64,000 nt of DNA from Convolutriloba macropyga. Taxonomy: Eukaryota. The notes under the pieces were generated by a model, which had not been told where the DNA came from, did no database searches, and was given only the letters and a program-made list of their open reading frames with translations. The stretch is from NCBI RefSeq assembly GCF_964194025.1, contig NC_134475.1:16430001-16494000 (forward strand). The letters run 5' to 3'. The translations under genes were made by a program, and so were the position numbers. Each line of letters starts with the position of its first letter. The stretch's first letter is position 1. This document shows, piece by piece, positions 14,640-27,429 of this stretch.

Positions 14640-15175
14640 GAGTGGTTTAAGAACTATGACGATAAAAGCGATCTACATCAAAAAGCTGAAAGCGCAATTA
14701 AATATGCGCTGAGTACCCGGGGCAGAAATTAACATTGAAGTATTAGTTCAAATACAAAAAAAATTGATTTTTGAAATTCAAAATTTATTCTGGTGCATGT
14801 AAATTCGAAATTTTGGCATCCCAACCAGTAAAAAACAACAACAGATAAAAATGAAATTAAAAAACCTTTTTCAGGAATAGAAAGCATTATACCCAGAATT
14901 TTCAAAAAATCCGAAATTGAGATTGAAGTTAATTTTTTGTAATAAGTGTAAATAAATTGTTGTAAATATGAATTTAACTGTGAATAATTTCAAAGGTTCG
15001 TTGTTATTTTGAACCATTTTTTTTTACGAAAAAGTAGGATCAAAGACAAGTTCATGTACTTTGTAAATGATTTTATTCATTTTTGAAACCTGACGACAAA
15101 AGCAATGTTCGAAAACGTTCGTTTTTTCAATCAAATTAAAATTTATTTGACAATTACTTCTTCTCATCTAAAAGA
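14640..15175 (+). mobile_element. Penelope-like element 3' fragment (GIY-YIG end, 3' UTR, pLTR)
   Basis: 14650-14990 is an inverted diverged copy of ~15230-15550 (GIY-YIG tail, AIYIK.LK..LN). 15056-15175 recurs at 16257-16355. Confidence 0.65.
15083..15130 (+). ncRNA. Degenerate minimal type I hammerhead ribozyme (PLE-associated)
   Basis: gaaac-CTGACGA-c-aaaagcaatgttc-GAAA-acgt-TC-gtttt. The core is intact, loop III is palindromic (ACGT), stem I is aaac/gttt and stem II is mutated. Confidence 0.55.
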
Positions 15176-15229
15176 TGAGTTGAAATAAGAACAAGTTTTT
15201 GAAAATATTAACGTTAAAATCATATTTAC

Positions 15230-16230
15230 AAAAATTTGTTTACTCTAATTGCAATAAATTTACTTCAATCTCTATTCCGTAGTTTTTGAAACAACCGGGT
15301 ATATTGTTCGCCATTCCTGCGAAAGTTAATTTTTTCATTCCTATCTTTTGTAATTTTTTCTCTGTTGGGGTTGTAAAAATTTTGAAATATCGTGTACCAG
15401 TATGAATTTTGAATTTCAAAAGTCAATTTTTTTCTTTTTGAACTAATACTTCAAAGTCATTGCCCGCCCCCGGTACTCGTCGCGCGTATTTAATTGCCTT
15501 TTCAGCTCTTTGATATAGATTGCTTCTATTGTCATTAGTTTTTTAACCCCGCGTCATGCATCTAGGATCTCCCATTCAATATTATGAGCTGTACCGCAAC
15601 ATTCATCGAGATGTTGTCCGTTAGGGGAATCCTTTTTTTGATGCTTCGAAATTCTAGTGGTAACATGCTGGCTGGTTTGGCCGACATAGATGAAACTGCA
15701 TCCATTACATGTAACTTTATATACCACATGACATTTCACATTCTTATCAAAAGATGATTTCAGGGTGGGCAAACAAGTTCTTAGCTTTCTTGTTGTGAAA
15801 ATGATTTGAATATCACATATTTTTTCAGTCTACTTGCAAATTTCTGAGTGATTTTTCCTCTGTATTGAACAAAAAACCTCGGATTAGGGTCCCTTTGTTA
15901 AGACTTTAAACTTTTTTAAGATGTTCGTTTTTTTTTCTTTGGGGGCGGGGGGGGGGGGTTGCTGTGACTTCTTCCTTTGTGACTATTTTATCCAACGTCT
16001 CATTAAGAATACTGCAGGACCACTCAGTTGGATATTGATTTTCAGTCCAGATCTCTTGATTTTTCTTTAGAGCTATATCAAAGGATCGAGAGTCACTGGT
16101 CGCATTAAAAATTCTATGCACAGTCCCTTTAAGCAAATTTTTCTTATGTTGTAACGGTGCACAGCTACGGAAATTTTGGATTATGCCGGTATCGGTTGAT
16201 TTTTGATACCAATAACAGCTAATATCTTAG
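15230..16230 (-). mobile_element. Penelope-like element (RT C-terminus plus GIY-YIG endonuclease), decayed
   Basis: WYQKSTDTG...APLQHKKNLLKGTVHRIFNAT and VVYKVTCNGCSFIYVGQT...RISKH. Confidence 0.85.
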
Positions 16231-17569
16231 AATTAGAATCACAGACACGTTTATATACTTTGTAAATATTTTCATTTGATTTTAGACTTTACGATGAACG
16301 CAATGTTCGTTTTTTGAATCAATTTGATATTTAATTGAGAATTTCTTCTCTGCATTAGAGTTTTGCTTATTATTAAGGTTTTGCTTAATTTTATTGTAAG
16401 ATGATGATTTCGGTTAATGTTAATATTTTTGGTCAATATATGTGGTGAACATTGGTTAATACTTTTTTATTTCATGTGTTTGTGGTAGTAGTAAAAAAGC
16501 GCTATTCGATGACATCGGACAAGATGTTTCGGAACAGTTGTTTTAAGCCAAGTTTAAGAAAAGATTAATACCTAAAAATGGGCCGAATAGGCTGTTCTTT
16601 GATATTTTTTTTATTTTTGAAAAAAGCCTTTCAAAGAAAAATTTCTGTTTTGAAAAATTTGATTTAGAGGCTAAATAGCACTTTTTTATCACTACGGTTC
16701 AGCGGCACAGTTTTTCCAACGACAGAGAAGTCATATAGTGATAAATATAATTGTTTGTTTTGAGGACAGGAGAAGCACTAGGATATGACTGATCAACGTC
16801 ATTGAGCTGTTCTTGTCAAGATTCTGAGAGGGTTTTAAGCAAGTTGTGGAGTAAATTGACTGCGACTGTTTTTTTTATCACAGGCGAATGGTGAAAATAA
16901 TCAATCCGGAACAGATAAAGGACGAGTATAAAGTAAATAGCTGAAGTTCAGCTGCGAAGGTTGTGAAGCATCCAGCAGTGGATGTGGGGCCATTTCTGCA
17001 GTAGGTGATGTTCACTTGTCCTCTTCTGAGTCTGCTTCGTTGAAAAGCATTAATCAAGGGAGCCACCAAGGCTGCCCCAGTATTGCTTTTAAACTAAAAC
17101 TATTTAATAAATTTATCGTAAATATTCTAATTGTTATGATAAACTGGAGTGTTCTGGAGGAAACACCACACTGTTTCCTCTTGGAGTTGTAAAAATAGTT
17201 TTAAAAAATTGTTCACAATCCTTGTGGTCGTGGGGTATCTCGACAGAATCTACACACACGGTAGGCTCTAATGTTTTTGTGCATGGCTGCGACAGGTTTC
17301 GCCCCTTTCAGTAACCGTTTCCTGGAGTTGGTGTAGCCAGTTCTTCTTTTCCGTCCAAAAAGCCAATAATTGATCATTCTGGTTTTCGGCGTCCTTCAAT
17401 TGCAGCAAAGTCTCAAAAGGCACTCCAAAGTAGCATTTTTTGATTTGAAAATAAGGATCGCTATAATAGCTAGCTGAGAATAAGAGAGCGGCTAGTAATA
17501 ACAATTTTCTATTCAAGCAACAATTCCCCTCCCCCAGGAATTGTTTTCCAGTTTTCTATTCAAGTTTTT

Positions 17570-17805
17570 GGGCAGCTCCCTTTTTTCAAACTTTTGAAAC
17601 AGCTCCCTCTTTTCAAACAGCTCCCCTTTTTTCAAACAGCTCCCTCTACACTGGGCAGCTCCCTTATAAAGTTTGTAATTTTTCAGTTGAAAATCAAAGT
17701 TAGCCTCTATTGGCTTTAAAATGAGTTTCCTTTTTTGCACGATACGTGAAGAAAAAGTGAAAATATGACTGAAGAAAAAGCGAAAATATGACTGAAGAAA
17801 AAGCC
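17570..17805. repeat. Short tandem repeats (~19-bp cagctcccYttttcaaa; 23-bp gaagaaaaagYgaaaatatgact)
   Basis: Directly visible tandem units. Confidence 0.8.
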
Positions 17806-18149
17806 GCCCTAGCTTATATAGTGCACTTTTTCGAAATTTTTTTTGAACAATAGCTTTAATTACACGATTTGGTTGGAAATGCTAGCTCTTATTTAGATTG
17901 CACCTTCCATTGATGAGGTTCGCCCTCATAATTAACGACGAATGAGGTTGTGTGATCGTCTAATGAGAATCTGATGAACCATTTGAAATGTAACTATGAT
18001 ACTATCCGATCGAATAAAAAATCAAGATGACTCTGTAGAGGCGACATAGTCGTGAGTAAACATTGATATATTTTAAGCTCCCAAACTCCTAAACGAAGTC
18101 CGTTATTACTCTTGCTTACTTGATTAAGCTAACTTTATCTAAATGGGGA

Positions 18150-19425
18150 GCTTTTATTTCGTATTTTTCTAGATTTTGAAGGAACACCACAGTGTTTTTT
18201 CATAATTGGAATAAACATATTTGTTTTTGCTGAGTGTTCCCTCCAATAGGTGTAGGTTTCTCTCTCTATAAGTTCCATGGGCTGGCTCAAAAAGTTCCGT
18301 TAGACAAAAGCTAGTCAGAAGTTCCCAAAGCTAATTAAACATTCCCAGGCGAATAGCCACGTGCACCAGTTTTTTTGTGTTAACTTCTTCCGTATGTTCC
18401 TCCTGGTGTCAAAAAATTACCTATAGAACATTCCGAACTACCTGCTAGAAGATTTCGAACTGTGCATCTTCTAAGGCAGAAGTCTGTGCGAGGCATCCCA
18501 TAGAGCTGGGTCCTCTTGGTAGATCATTCATACGATTCGACAGAAGGATGATAAAGGTTGTAATGATGATAAACGCATCCTCTCAAACATGTGTAACTGG
18601 ACGACTAAACTGGACGCGTACATTGGTTACGTCGTTCCAACTGTCACCTTCGCATCGCAGGCATGGATGCCCTCCCCGACAAACATGTTAGCTCTTAAAA
18701 AAGTTCAAAAACTGGCAACAAAATGGATTCTCTGCTCAAATTATAGCTACAGGAGATAGATTGACCAACCTTAAACTTCTTCTGGAAATTATTGTGAAAA
18801 CTGGTGCACAAAAGCCTTGAAAGCGTACTATTACCGGAAACGCAACGTCTCTACCAATTCTAATGTTAAAACAAAATGAAATGCTTATGCGGGCTATGTT
18901 GTGCCAGTAATAAGCTTTCTTTCCCAGGGCTGGCGTGTAAACAAAACTGAAATGAAGGATCTTGAAAAAGTTTAGCGCAAAGCTATTATAAGACCAGATG
19001 GGTAAAGCTATTATAAGACTTTCATGACGTCCTTCTTTGTCTTTTCTCAAAGGGAGTTTGATATCGATCTACCAATAAGAGTAATTTCAGAGAAAATTAC
19101 TGCTACAAAAACGTGACAACAGGATTTTATAGAAATACAAAAAACAAACAAAAATGGCTGACGAGGTTTTTTGGACAAGATCCAGCCGTCTTTTGAACGT
19201 AGTTTCTAAACTAATATGTAAACTTACATGCGAAGTCAACAAATCTCAGTTAACTAAGATCTACTGGAGTTACTTTATCAAGAGTTACTCAGATGTAATT
19301 TTATGTTCATGGACCTTCATGTGCAATTGTGGACATTGCAACCCAATCCAGAAATTCAACTTAGCTGTGAAGTGACGGGCCCAAGCCCCGAATCAGACTG
19401 ATTCAAAGCCTAAACTACTCGTAGT
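18150..19425 (+). mobile_element. Decayed CR1-like LINE 3' fragments
   Basis: YIGYVVPTVTFASQAW...KVQKLATKWIL at ~18620-18735. C-terminal CNCGHCNP and a short cta-rich tail. Confidence 0.6.
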
Positions 19426-20673
19426 ATAGGTTGCATGCTTGATTTTTGCGCACAATTACTGCTGTGTTTTTCAAGAAGTTTTGCGTCTGAAAAAAGTACT
19501 GTTGCCACCGATTTGTTGCATTTTTTAAGTCAATTTTTTCAAGTTGGGCCATGATGTACGGGTACGACCAGGTCTTTCATGTACTCTGATGAGTGGAGGA
19601 ATTCATGTTTCAAAATAAAAGTCCCCTCCCCTCCAATTAGCGAACCCGGACAAATCTGTTTTTCATTTCTCCAAACGGCATTTTACGCTCGAAGTTGCCT
19701 TTATGAAGCTGTGCAAGTTCAAATTCATCAAAAATTTGATACAAACTATTGATTTCATTTTCATATCATCAGCAAAAAAATAATTGTACGAATTCTTCAT
19801 CCTTTCTGGCAGGTCGTACAGGAGGAAACAGATCAAACTTGGTCCAAGATTTGAATATTTTAGGACACCAAGAGATAAGATTTTGTCCCTTGATGATGTG
19901 CAGACAATGTTTTGTTTTCTTTAACTAATATTTTTGAAAAATTCTGTGAAATGTGATCTGTAAGATGAGATCAAAGCTGCGAGTTATACTCAGTTTTCAT
20001 CTGTGAAAGAAAAGGGAGTAAAATTGAAATTCTCACAATTTTCTTAAAACAAAGTTCTAAGTTTTGTTAAGAGCGCAAATAAAATGTGCAAATTAGTTTT
20101 AATAAGAATCAATTTGCAGCAAAAAAAAGCAATTGAGCAGTTCACTTTATGCTAGCTTGCAAATACAAGGTATTTTTGTTAAGCAAAACGGAAATTTCGT
20201 AGGTATAGAAATAACTGAATATTAAAATAGTTTACTAATTACTACACGACCGGGTTATTGTTCCCACATTTTTTGAAGAGAATGAAAACTTTCTGAAATC
20301 TTTTATGCTAGCCCCATCTTTTTGTTCAGACAATATTTGTCTTTTTGTGGGCATCCCAGGATACCATATGTGGTATCAAATTGAAGCTCTCTACGTCAAA
20401 AATCTCGCTACAAGAGAAATTTTAGGATTTTTGCTTTTTATAAAAATTCAACATTATCTACTCACAATTTCAAGCTCTTTGGCCTAATTTCTGATCAAAT
20501 TTAACAAAAATTGCGGTCGAAATTGAATCATTTAACGACAACTAGCGGTTTTTATCCAGGGTTTCTTTGAAAAACATGTATTTTATCGTTTTGTCATTGT
20601 CTCCAAATAGTACAGAAATACGAAAAAATGCGTTTTGTAAGAAACGCGAAGAATTTTAGCCATTTTTAAGACA

Positions 20674-21011
20674 TTTTTAATTGCTCTCAAATCTTTTTTG
20701 TATCAATTATATTAGTCCTGTCGGTTTGTTAATGCGAGTTTTCGCTTGACCGATTTTTCGTCTGACCCATTTGACTTTCCGTCCTAAAAAAACGGGTTAA
20801 ATCAGGTGGCGCCCAGCGGGCATTAAGTGCTGTTATAGCCTTTCAGCTCATTAGTCTCCAAGTTTCCCTCATTTAAGCTAAAGCTAGCCTCACTAAACCG
20901 TAGCTCACTAAACCGTAGCTCACTGAACCGTAGCTCACTGAACCGTAGCTAGCTACTGACGAAACCAGCCGTCTTTTGAAAGCAATTCGCACGAAGTTAG
21001 TTGGTTATGTT
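20674..21011 (+). mobile_element. Helentron/DINE-1-like non-autonomous element, family 1 subtype B
   Basis: 5' aattgctctc, 3' gaaagcaatt and degraded hairpin + ttatgtt. Internal 15-bp tandem ctcactaaaccgtag x4. Homologous to 63531-63960. Confidence 0.7.
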
Positions 21012-22874
21012 ATGAACTTTTAACTCGTCCCTCGCCTGTGATAACAGAGTTTTTTAATCCAATGTTTATTTTTTCTTAAATCCTTGTTTAAGCCATGATA
21101 AATAGGAAGAAAATCATTAAATAGAAGCAATTCGAACCAGTTCGGATGTCAACTGTTCTCTGTTTGCATGTTTTTGATAAAGTAAACGTATTTTTTTTTT
21201 CAGTAGACAAATTTTGTTTGTATTTGAAAATCGTTTTTAATTCTCTATTGATGAACGTTTCGTCTTTCTGAGCAAAACACAATGATTAAGATGTCTCAAG
21301 TGCTCTTTAGTAAAGTATATTGTCTGCCTTTTGACCCTTCTTGCACGCATACTGGTTTTATCCAATTGATTTTTTTGAGGATTTGAACTTTTAGATTTGA
21401 TGCCCATATAATTATAATGTATTCCTTCGCGGAGTATTGTAACCATAATTAGAGCTTAAAACTATTACAAGTTTTAAGGTGCGTCAGAGAGCTGTTTTAT
21501 TTATCTTCACAGGCATATAAGCTACTAAAACTTTCTTCTTATTCAATGTTGTCACATAGAAGAACATCTCTCCGGATATGCTGAAAAGAGCTACTTTCTT
21601 TTTTAGGTTATATTTTACTGCTACTTTTTGCAAAATTAGCCTCTTCTTGTTTTTGGGTTTTCTGTGTTAATAGTTATTGTTATAATAAGCTATAAAAATT
21701 AACATGTTTTGGAATAAGTGAAGTGCAGCCTGTTTTGAAAAACACCTCACCTTTGCTAATTTTTGCCAGCTCTTGGCTCTCTATAGTATTTTTTATAAAA
21801 ATTGTTTTATCATGTGGTGTAGGTGTGTCATTTGGGTTATTAGCTCAATCTGTTTTTACCTTAGTTTTCGGAGTAATTCGTTCAACCCTCTTTTTACCCG
21901 ATGGTTGAGACAACTACCTAAATTCCTTTCAACTTCTTGAAGCTATTTAGTTCCTTCGTTTTGCCTAAACAACTTTTACGGGATGTTGCAAGAACAAACT
22001 TGAAAAATTGAGCCAATTTTGTCGTTTTGAATGTGAGAATGTGAGACTTGTTAAAAAAATTGCTTGTTTCAAGTATTTTGAAACAAAGTTTTACGGCACG
22101 GCTAGGAATAGAAAACTGTATGTATGAACTTTGAATCAGAAGTCGTGAATTTGAAGACTTCAGAATCTGCTAGAATGTTTATGTTTTGAATTTTAGCTAA
22201 ATAACTTTAACGCTTTTCTTCGCAGCTTGATAAAAACAATGTTTGATGCTAAAACAAACGTTTCGGAAGTTTCATTTTTGATATATTGATTTGATATGAT
22301 TTCAAATGCAAATGTGGGAACATTCTGTGCCACGCACAGAACAAGCGAGCCTTGTTGTTGAATGTTAGGCCGCTTAAAAAACAGCGGTACAAAATTCACT
22401 TTATAACAGTTGAGTGAGCACACGTTACAACCTCTTAATTATGTTCCCAGACTCGAACGACAAGTTTCACAGATGCGTACCAAAAATTGTGACGTTGCAC
22501 GCATCACGTTTGACATCACGTAGCACGTATCGACTTCTTCTGCCAATACTTGCAATTTCAATTCGTAATGGGATACTACTACTGAGCATATTTTCGCAAA
22601 AATACAACGGGAATTTTAGATGGTCGTAGACATTCATCTGTTACTGTGGACTCTGTAACCCGGAAGCAAAGCTTTGATGAGAGCTGAAATCTGTAGACAC
22701 TCTTAGTCTTTCCTGGACGCCTTGCCCTTGGCTACTACTACTGTTTTGCCATTAAGACGTTGGCTGCAGTTTGGCCCTCACTGCTTACATCTTTTTGTGT
22801 CATGCAAAATGCTGTCATTAATCTAATAGAATTATTTTCAATGTTAAATTAACTAAAGAAAATACAAAAATTTG

Positions 22875-25800
22875 CTTATTTATTCTGACTAGTTTGTTTT
22901 GTTTTCACGTTTCGTCGGAATGCACGCTTGTTATTGATGTTTTCCTTGAGACGCCTGTCTTGACTTTTTGCTGCTTTGATGAGATTGTCCAATAACGCCC
23001 GCCTCTCTTCCTCGCGCTAAAAAAGTCATCCTATTATCTATCAAATTTGAACTTTAATTGGGATATAAGATTTTTTTCTCATCAAATATACCGCTCGTGC
23101 TCATGTTTCAAGCCAGGGTAGGATATGCATGTTTCGCTTATGCTATAGAGTAGCATAGGAGTCTCAACGCCTGTTTTGAAAAGTACCCGATTTTTGTCTG
23201 TTCCTCATTGTTGTTGGACCATCGGGCTTTCTAAAAATGAAAAAATATTGCTTTCGCGCCCTTTCATCGCCTTCTTTTTTGAATACTATTTACAATATGA
23301 TTGTTTGTAAAACTAATTTTGCAGCATTTGAATTTAAAATTTGACTACTTTAAAATCAGCATATTAATATGACCTAATGCAACAGAAATTTCATGTTTGG
23401 AGTTTTGATTAGTGTTTTTTCATTTTGTTGAAAACGCAATGGTGTAAATTGGATTATCGATTGAGGAAAATTTCAATTAATGCCCACAAATAAAAAAAAC
23501 TACATTCTTTAATAAAACTACATTCTTTACATGCACTTTTTACATACACTTTTGTGGCCTACTCAGGATATTTTTCTGATTGTCTCATATGGCCTTTTAT
23601 ATTCTCAAATAGTTGCTTTAGTTAAGTTCTTAATTAGTTCAGGGCCATGTTTGGTTCTTATTTTCATCTAGGACCATTACCCCTATTTAGTTTGTTTACC
23701 AGTAACAACCAGTGACAATATAACTATAGCACATGTAGAAACCTGTTGTATGTACCTAAATTGTTTGAAGATTTTTAATTGCTCTCGTAGAGAAGCAATT
23801 ATTGTAAACGTGTGTCTTTATGCAAAATTTTTGCTTGGATGTTTTGACTTTTCGAGTGAATTTTACGCTCTTGACTTTTTGCGTTTCGCGTGATCTAAAA
23901 TTCTCGCTCAATCACAATTTCAAGCAGCTGAACTCAATTGGCGGCAATTTAATTTTAAAAGTCAAATGAAAAGTGCGCCGAAACTGGTGCCATTTTTCAC
24001 TTTAAATCTTAATAGTGGTATGTGTTATCCTCTAATGTGGTTATTTGAAGCCCACTATTGAACTTTTTAGTCCAAGTTAGGCTCCACCCTCCCGACTGAA
24101 GCAGGCTGCAATTGATTAGAGCTCCCACTAGTAGTACGAGAGCAATTCTTCCGACGTTTAGTCGGTTATGTTTTACTTTTTTAAGTTTCTTGTATATAAT
24201 CTTAAGTTTCTTAAGATAAAATTATATAATTGGGAAAGAAAAAGTAAAGCACTCGGCGAAGTGATTATACTGGTAAAGCAGGTGTCAGTGTTAGGTTTTT
24301 GTACTCAACGAACACCAATATACGTGCAAATCGGATTTAGAACAGCAATTGCCTTAATTATGTCTTACAGCAACTTAATACCTGCCTGAATAAACTTTCT
24401 AAAATTAGTGCGTAAAAATTATCAGTCAGTGGACTTAGTAAAATCAAAACGAATTGAAAAATACCAAGAAAACTTGCTGAGACACTTTTTTAATTTCCGT
24501 TGTTCAAATAACCTATTTTTTTCGACAATAGTTTGGGATCAGCAGAAAAATATGCTGTCGCAAGGTGTTCTTAAGGTTGTGCTTTTCAGGATTGTAAATC
24601 GAATTTATTCCCACTTTCGCGTAGGATTTTTTTAAATTTATATCACATTATTTAAAATTTTTTAACAGAATTACGTTCAAGTTACTGATCTAAATAAGTT
24701 TTACTGTAATGTCATTTTTTTAACTCTCGGAGATCGAATCATTGTCAAAGCTGAAAAAGATCTATTGGGCGAAATGAAACGCAGGACAATAGGTTCAAAA
24801 TTTAATCGCTGTTAAACTCTACATTAAAAAGTGCAATATATTTGGTGAAACTTTAATTTTATGTAGCTAATCGTTTGTTCTATATCCTCAAGTTTAATTT
24901 GATGAAATGTAGTCAGTGTAGCTGTTGCGCATTATTAGAGAAATCTTCCCGTGCTCCGCAATGACTACATCTCACAACAGTGTCGCTGTTGGGCATTATT
25001 AGAGAAGTCTTCCCGTGCTCCACGTGGAAGACAAATTTGTTTTTTTTTTATTATGCGAGGACGACATTATTCTATTTTTTTTATACGAGGTGTGCGAACA
25101 CACCTTACCGATCCTCTGTTTTCACTGTAACACGTACAAGTAGCATCTGTACTGGGAGGGAGAGGCTAGAGTTTAATGCCAAAAAGGGGGGAGGGGCTGC
25201 AAAACAGTACACCCTGAATGGGAGCGAAACCTTTCGATGCTTTGTACTTACTAAAACTTCTCGAAATTGGTCCATGACCCTCTGTTTATGTCTGTTATCA
25301 ATTGACTTCATCATTCGGTCCAAGTTGTACTCCTTTCGTCTAATTTGCCTCCAGTCGTCGACGTTCATAAGTCGTTCAAATTCCCCACAGAGTAGGGAGA
25401 ACCTATCATTGACCTGACTTTCTTTCCTTCGAAAGTGCATTTTAAGCAGCTGTTCGGAGGCATTTTTCCAATAGTTGTAAATACGTTGCTTTGATCGCCG
25501 TCGCTCGTTTACGATTTTGCGGAAAGCGCGGTGCCACAATTCACGATATTTGGCTCTTTCTAATCGCATTCTAGCTGCGCGGAGTGCTGCTTCTTTTTCG
25601 GAACAGATTAACGAGTGTGATTTTCGGCGGACGATAACTTGTGACTTGTTGGCTTGAGGTTTGACAGTCGCGTGGAACCATTCATTTTTCAAAGTGTTTA
25701 ATGTAGGTACCGCAAAATCCGCAGAGTTTCTTGAAAGGTCAATTTGGGGCAGACGAATTGGTTTGAATTGTTTTGATTTCTTCTGAGTTCCTATTTGACT

Positions 25801-25995
25801 CGATGAGCTAACCAGCGATTTTGTATTAACTTGGGTAAAAATATTGGTAGAGCTGGGTGGTATTAAAGAGAATGATCGCTCTTTTTGGGGTGCCAATCGT
25901 GGTGTTATTTGAATCTCGGGTTTGTAATTATTTTGGGTGCTGCTGTAACTAAAGTTCAACTGTGTTTTTTGATGACTATTTGTGCTGCTTAACAT
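22875..25995 (-). CDS. Unknown multi-exon gene: exon 25995-25231, probable exons 23230-~23171 and 23016-~22890
   Basis: Long ORF (ATG 25995) with a basic, coiled-coil-like C-half ends at AAG|GTTTCG. In-frame exons follow the acceptors catttttag (23231) and acttttttag (23017; REEERRALLDNLIKAAK...). Downstream boundaries are uncertain. Confidence 0.55.
23772..24174 (+). mobile_element. HINE family 1 subtype A
   Basis: subTIRs aattgctctcg (23777) and cgagagcaatt (24137), 3' hairpin ccgac-gttta-gtcgg, then ttatgtttt. Paralogous to 57966-58370. Confidence 0.75.
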
Positions 25996-27429
25996 GCTCA
26001 AGGCGCGTTTGATGTTTTAAACCGTTTCGCATCCGTGTCAGTATATACTGTAAAGACTCTTGTAATTGCTTGCTCTTTAACTAACCGTATAATTTTCCAC
26101 GCTTAAGATTTCTAAATCCCACCTGCATATATCACTTAGCAATTATATAACTTATATTCTTGCAATTGTGTAATGTGTGTCTTTGCAGATGTTTTCAACG
26201 GATTTGAATTGTACCTCTATAAAATTATTGTCCAGAATCATAAGTGAAGATTAAAGGAGCAGTTATAGATAAAAGAGCCAAGCTATAAAAACGCCATCTG
26301 GCTCAAAATTGATGACGTAAGTCTGGTATAGCAAAATAGTGCGATCGGCGCTTCAACTAGGACGAGTTTACAGATGGCTGTGTACTGGAAAGATGATTTG
26401 ACATATTTATTGCATCAAATAGTATCAGTTTATAATGAGGAACAATAAGTAGTATCGAGCAATGACTCTCAATATAGAATTGTGACGTTCAAAAATTGGT
26501 TCCTTTTGTTTGATTCATTGTTTCAGGTTTCAAAATCATTGCAATTTTTAATGTCTATCGGATTCCTTTTATTCAATTGCTCTCAGACGAAGATTGCAGC
26601 AATTATTTGGGCCCTGGTAGTCTGTTTTGAATGCAATTTTGCGGTTGATCATTTTTTTGTGTGACTCTTGACTCTTTGTCCTCAGTTTGCTTTTACGCCG
26701 TTGCAGTTCTCTAGCCACAGAAAGCTCAAAATAGTAATTTTGTCGAACTACGCATTCCGTTTTCCAAGTTAATTTGGTGTCGTAATTTTTTTCACTGGTA
26801 TATGTGAAGGGGTAGAATAGATCCTATTAATTCATGTTGTGGGTGTCTTTGAAAGTTTCGGCTTTCTGCGAGGTGATCTGGCGAGCTATTTGTGACATAC
26901 TTTTGATTGTTTTTAGTGAAGTTGATCGTATTTCACTGCTCTAGTCTGTCGTATCAATAATTTCGCATAATGCGGAGCTGTAAAATAATTGTTGATGAAA
27001 GCTAGTCTTGCAATTTATTTTATATCAGTGTTTTCTGGTGCTTATCCGAAGGCGAGATTGATTGAAAGACTTGATTAAATTCCATAAATTAATGGTCATG
27101 ACTTCAAATTATTAGCGAAATTTTATCAGATATACCGACCAGACAGCCAAAATACTTTTACCTCGAACAATTTAATGATGAATTTGTATGTCAATTTCGT
27201 CATCTCACTGAAGCAAGTAGTAAGTTAAAAAGATTTTCGAGATGTCGAAGTTACCGAGGTTTGTATTGCAATCGTTAAATCCATGATTAAGTTCTAATGG
27301 CAGCTGAGAAGAAAGGCTGCCGACAACTGAAAGATTTTCTTCATTGTATTGTTTGTTCGATAAAAACGTTTGTTCTAATTTATGCTTTCTGCGCATAAGC
27401 ATGCATATTGAGTTGATTTTCAGGTAAAA

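Noticed and set aside
16505-16545. Second hammerhead-like motif
   Set aside because: Both the CUGA and GAAA core elements are mutated, so it is too degenerate to call.
24980-25417. 145-aa plus-strand ORF and other short antisense ORFs (e.g. 59938-60240, 38503-38715)
   Set aside because: Shadows of real coding sequence on the opposite strand, with no recognisable motifs.
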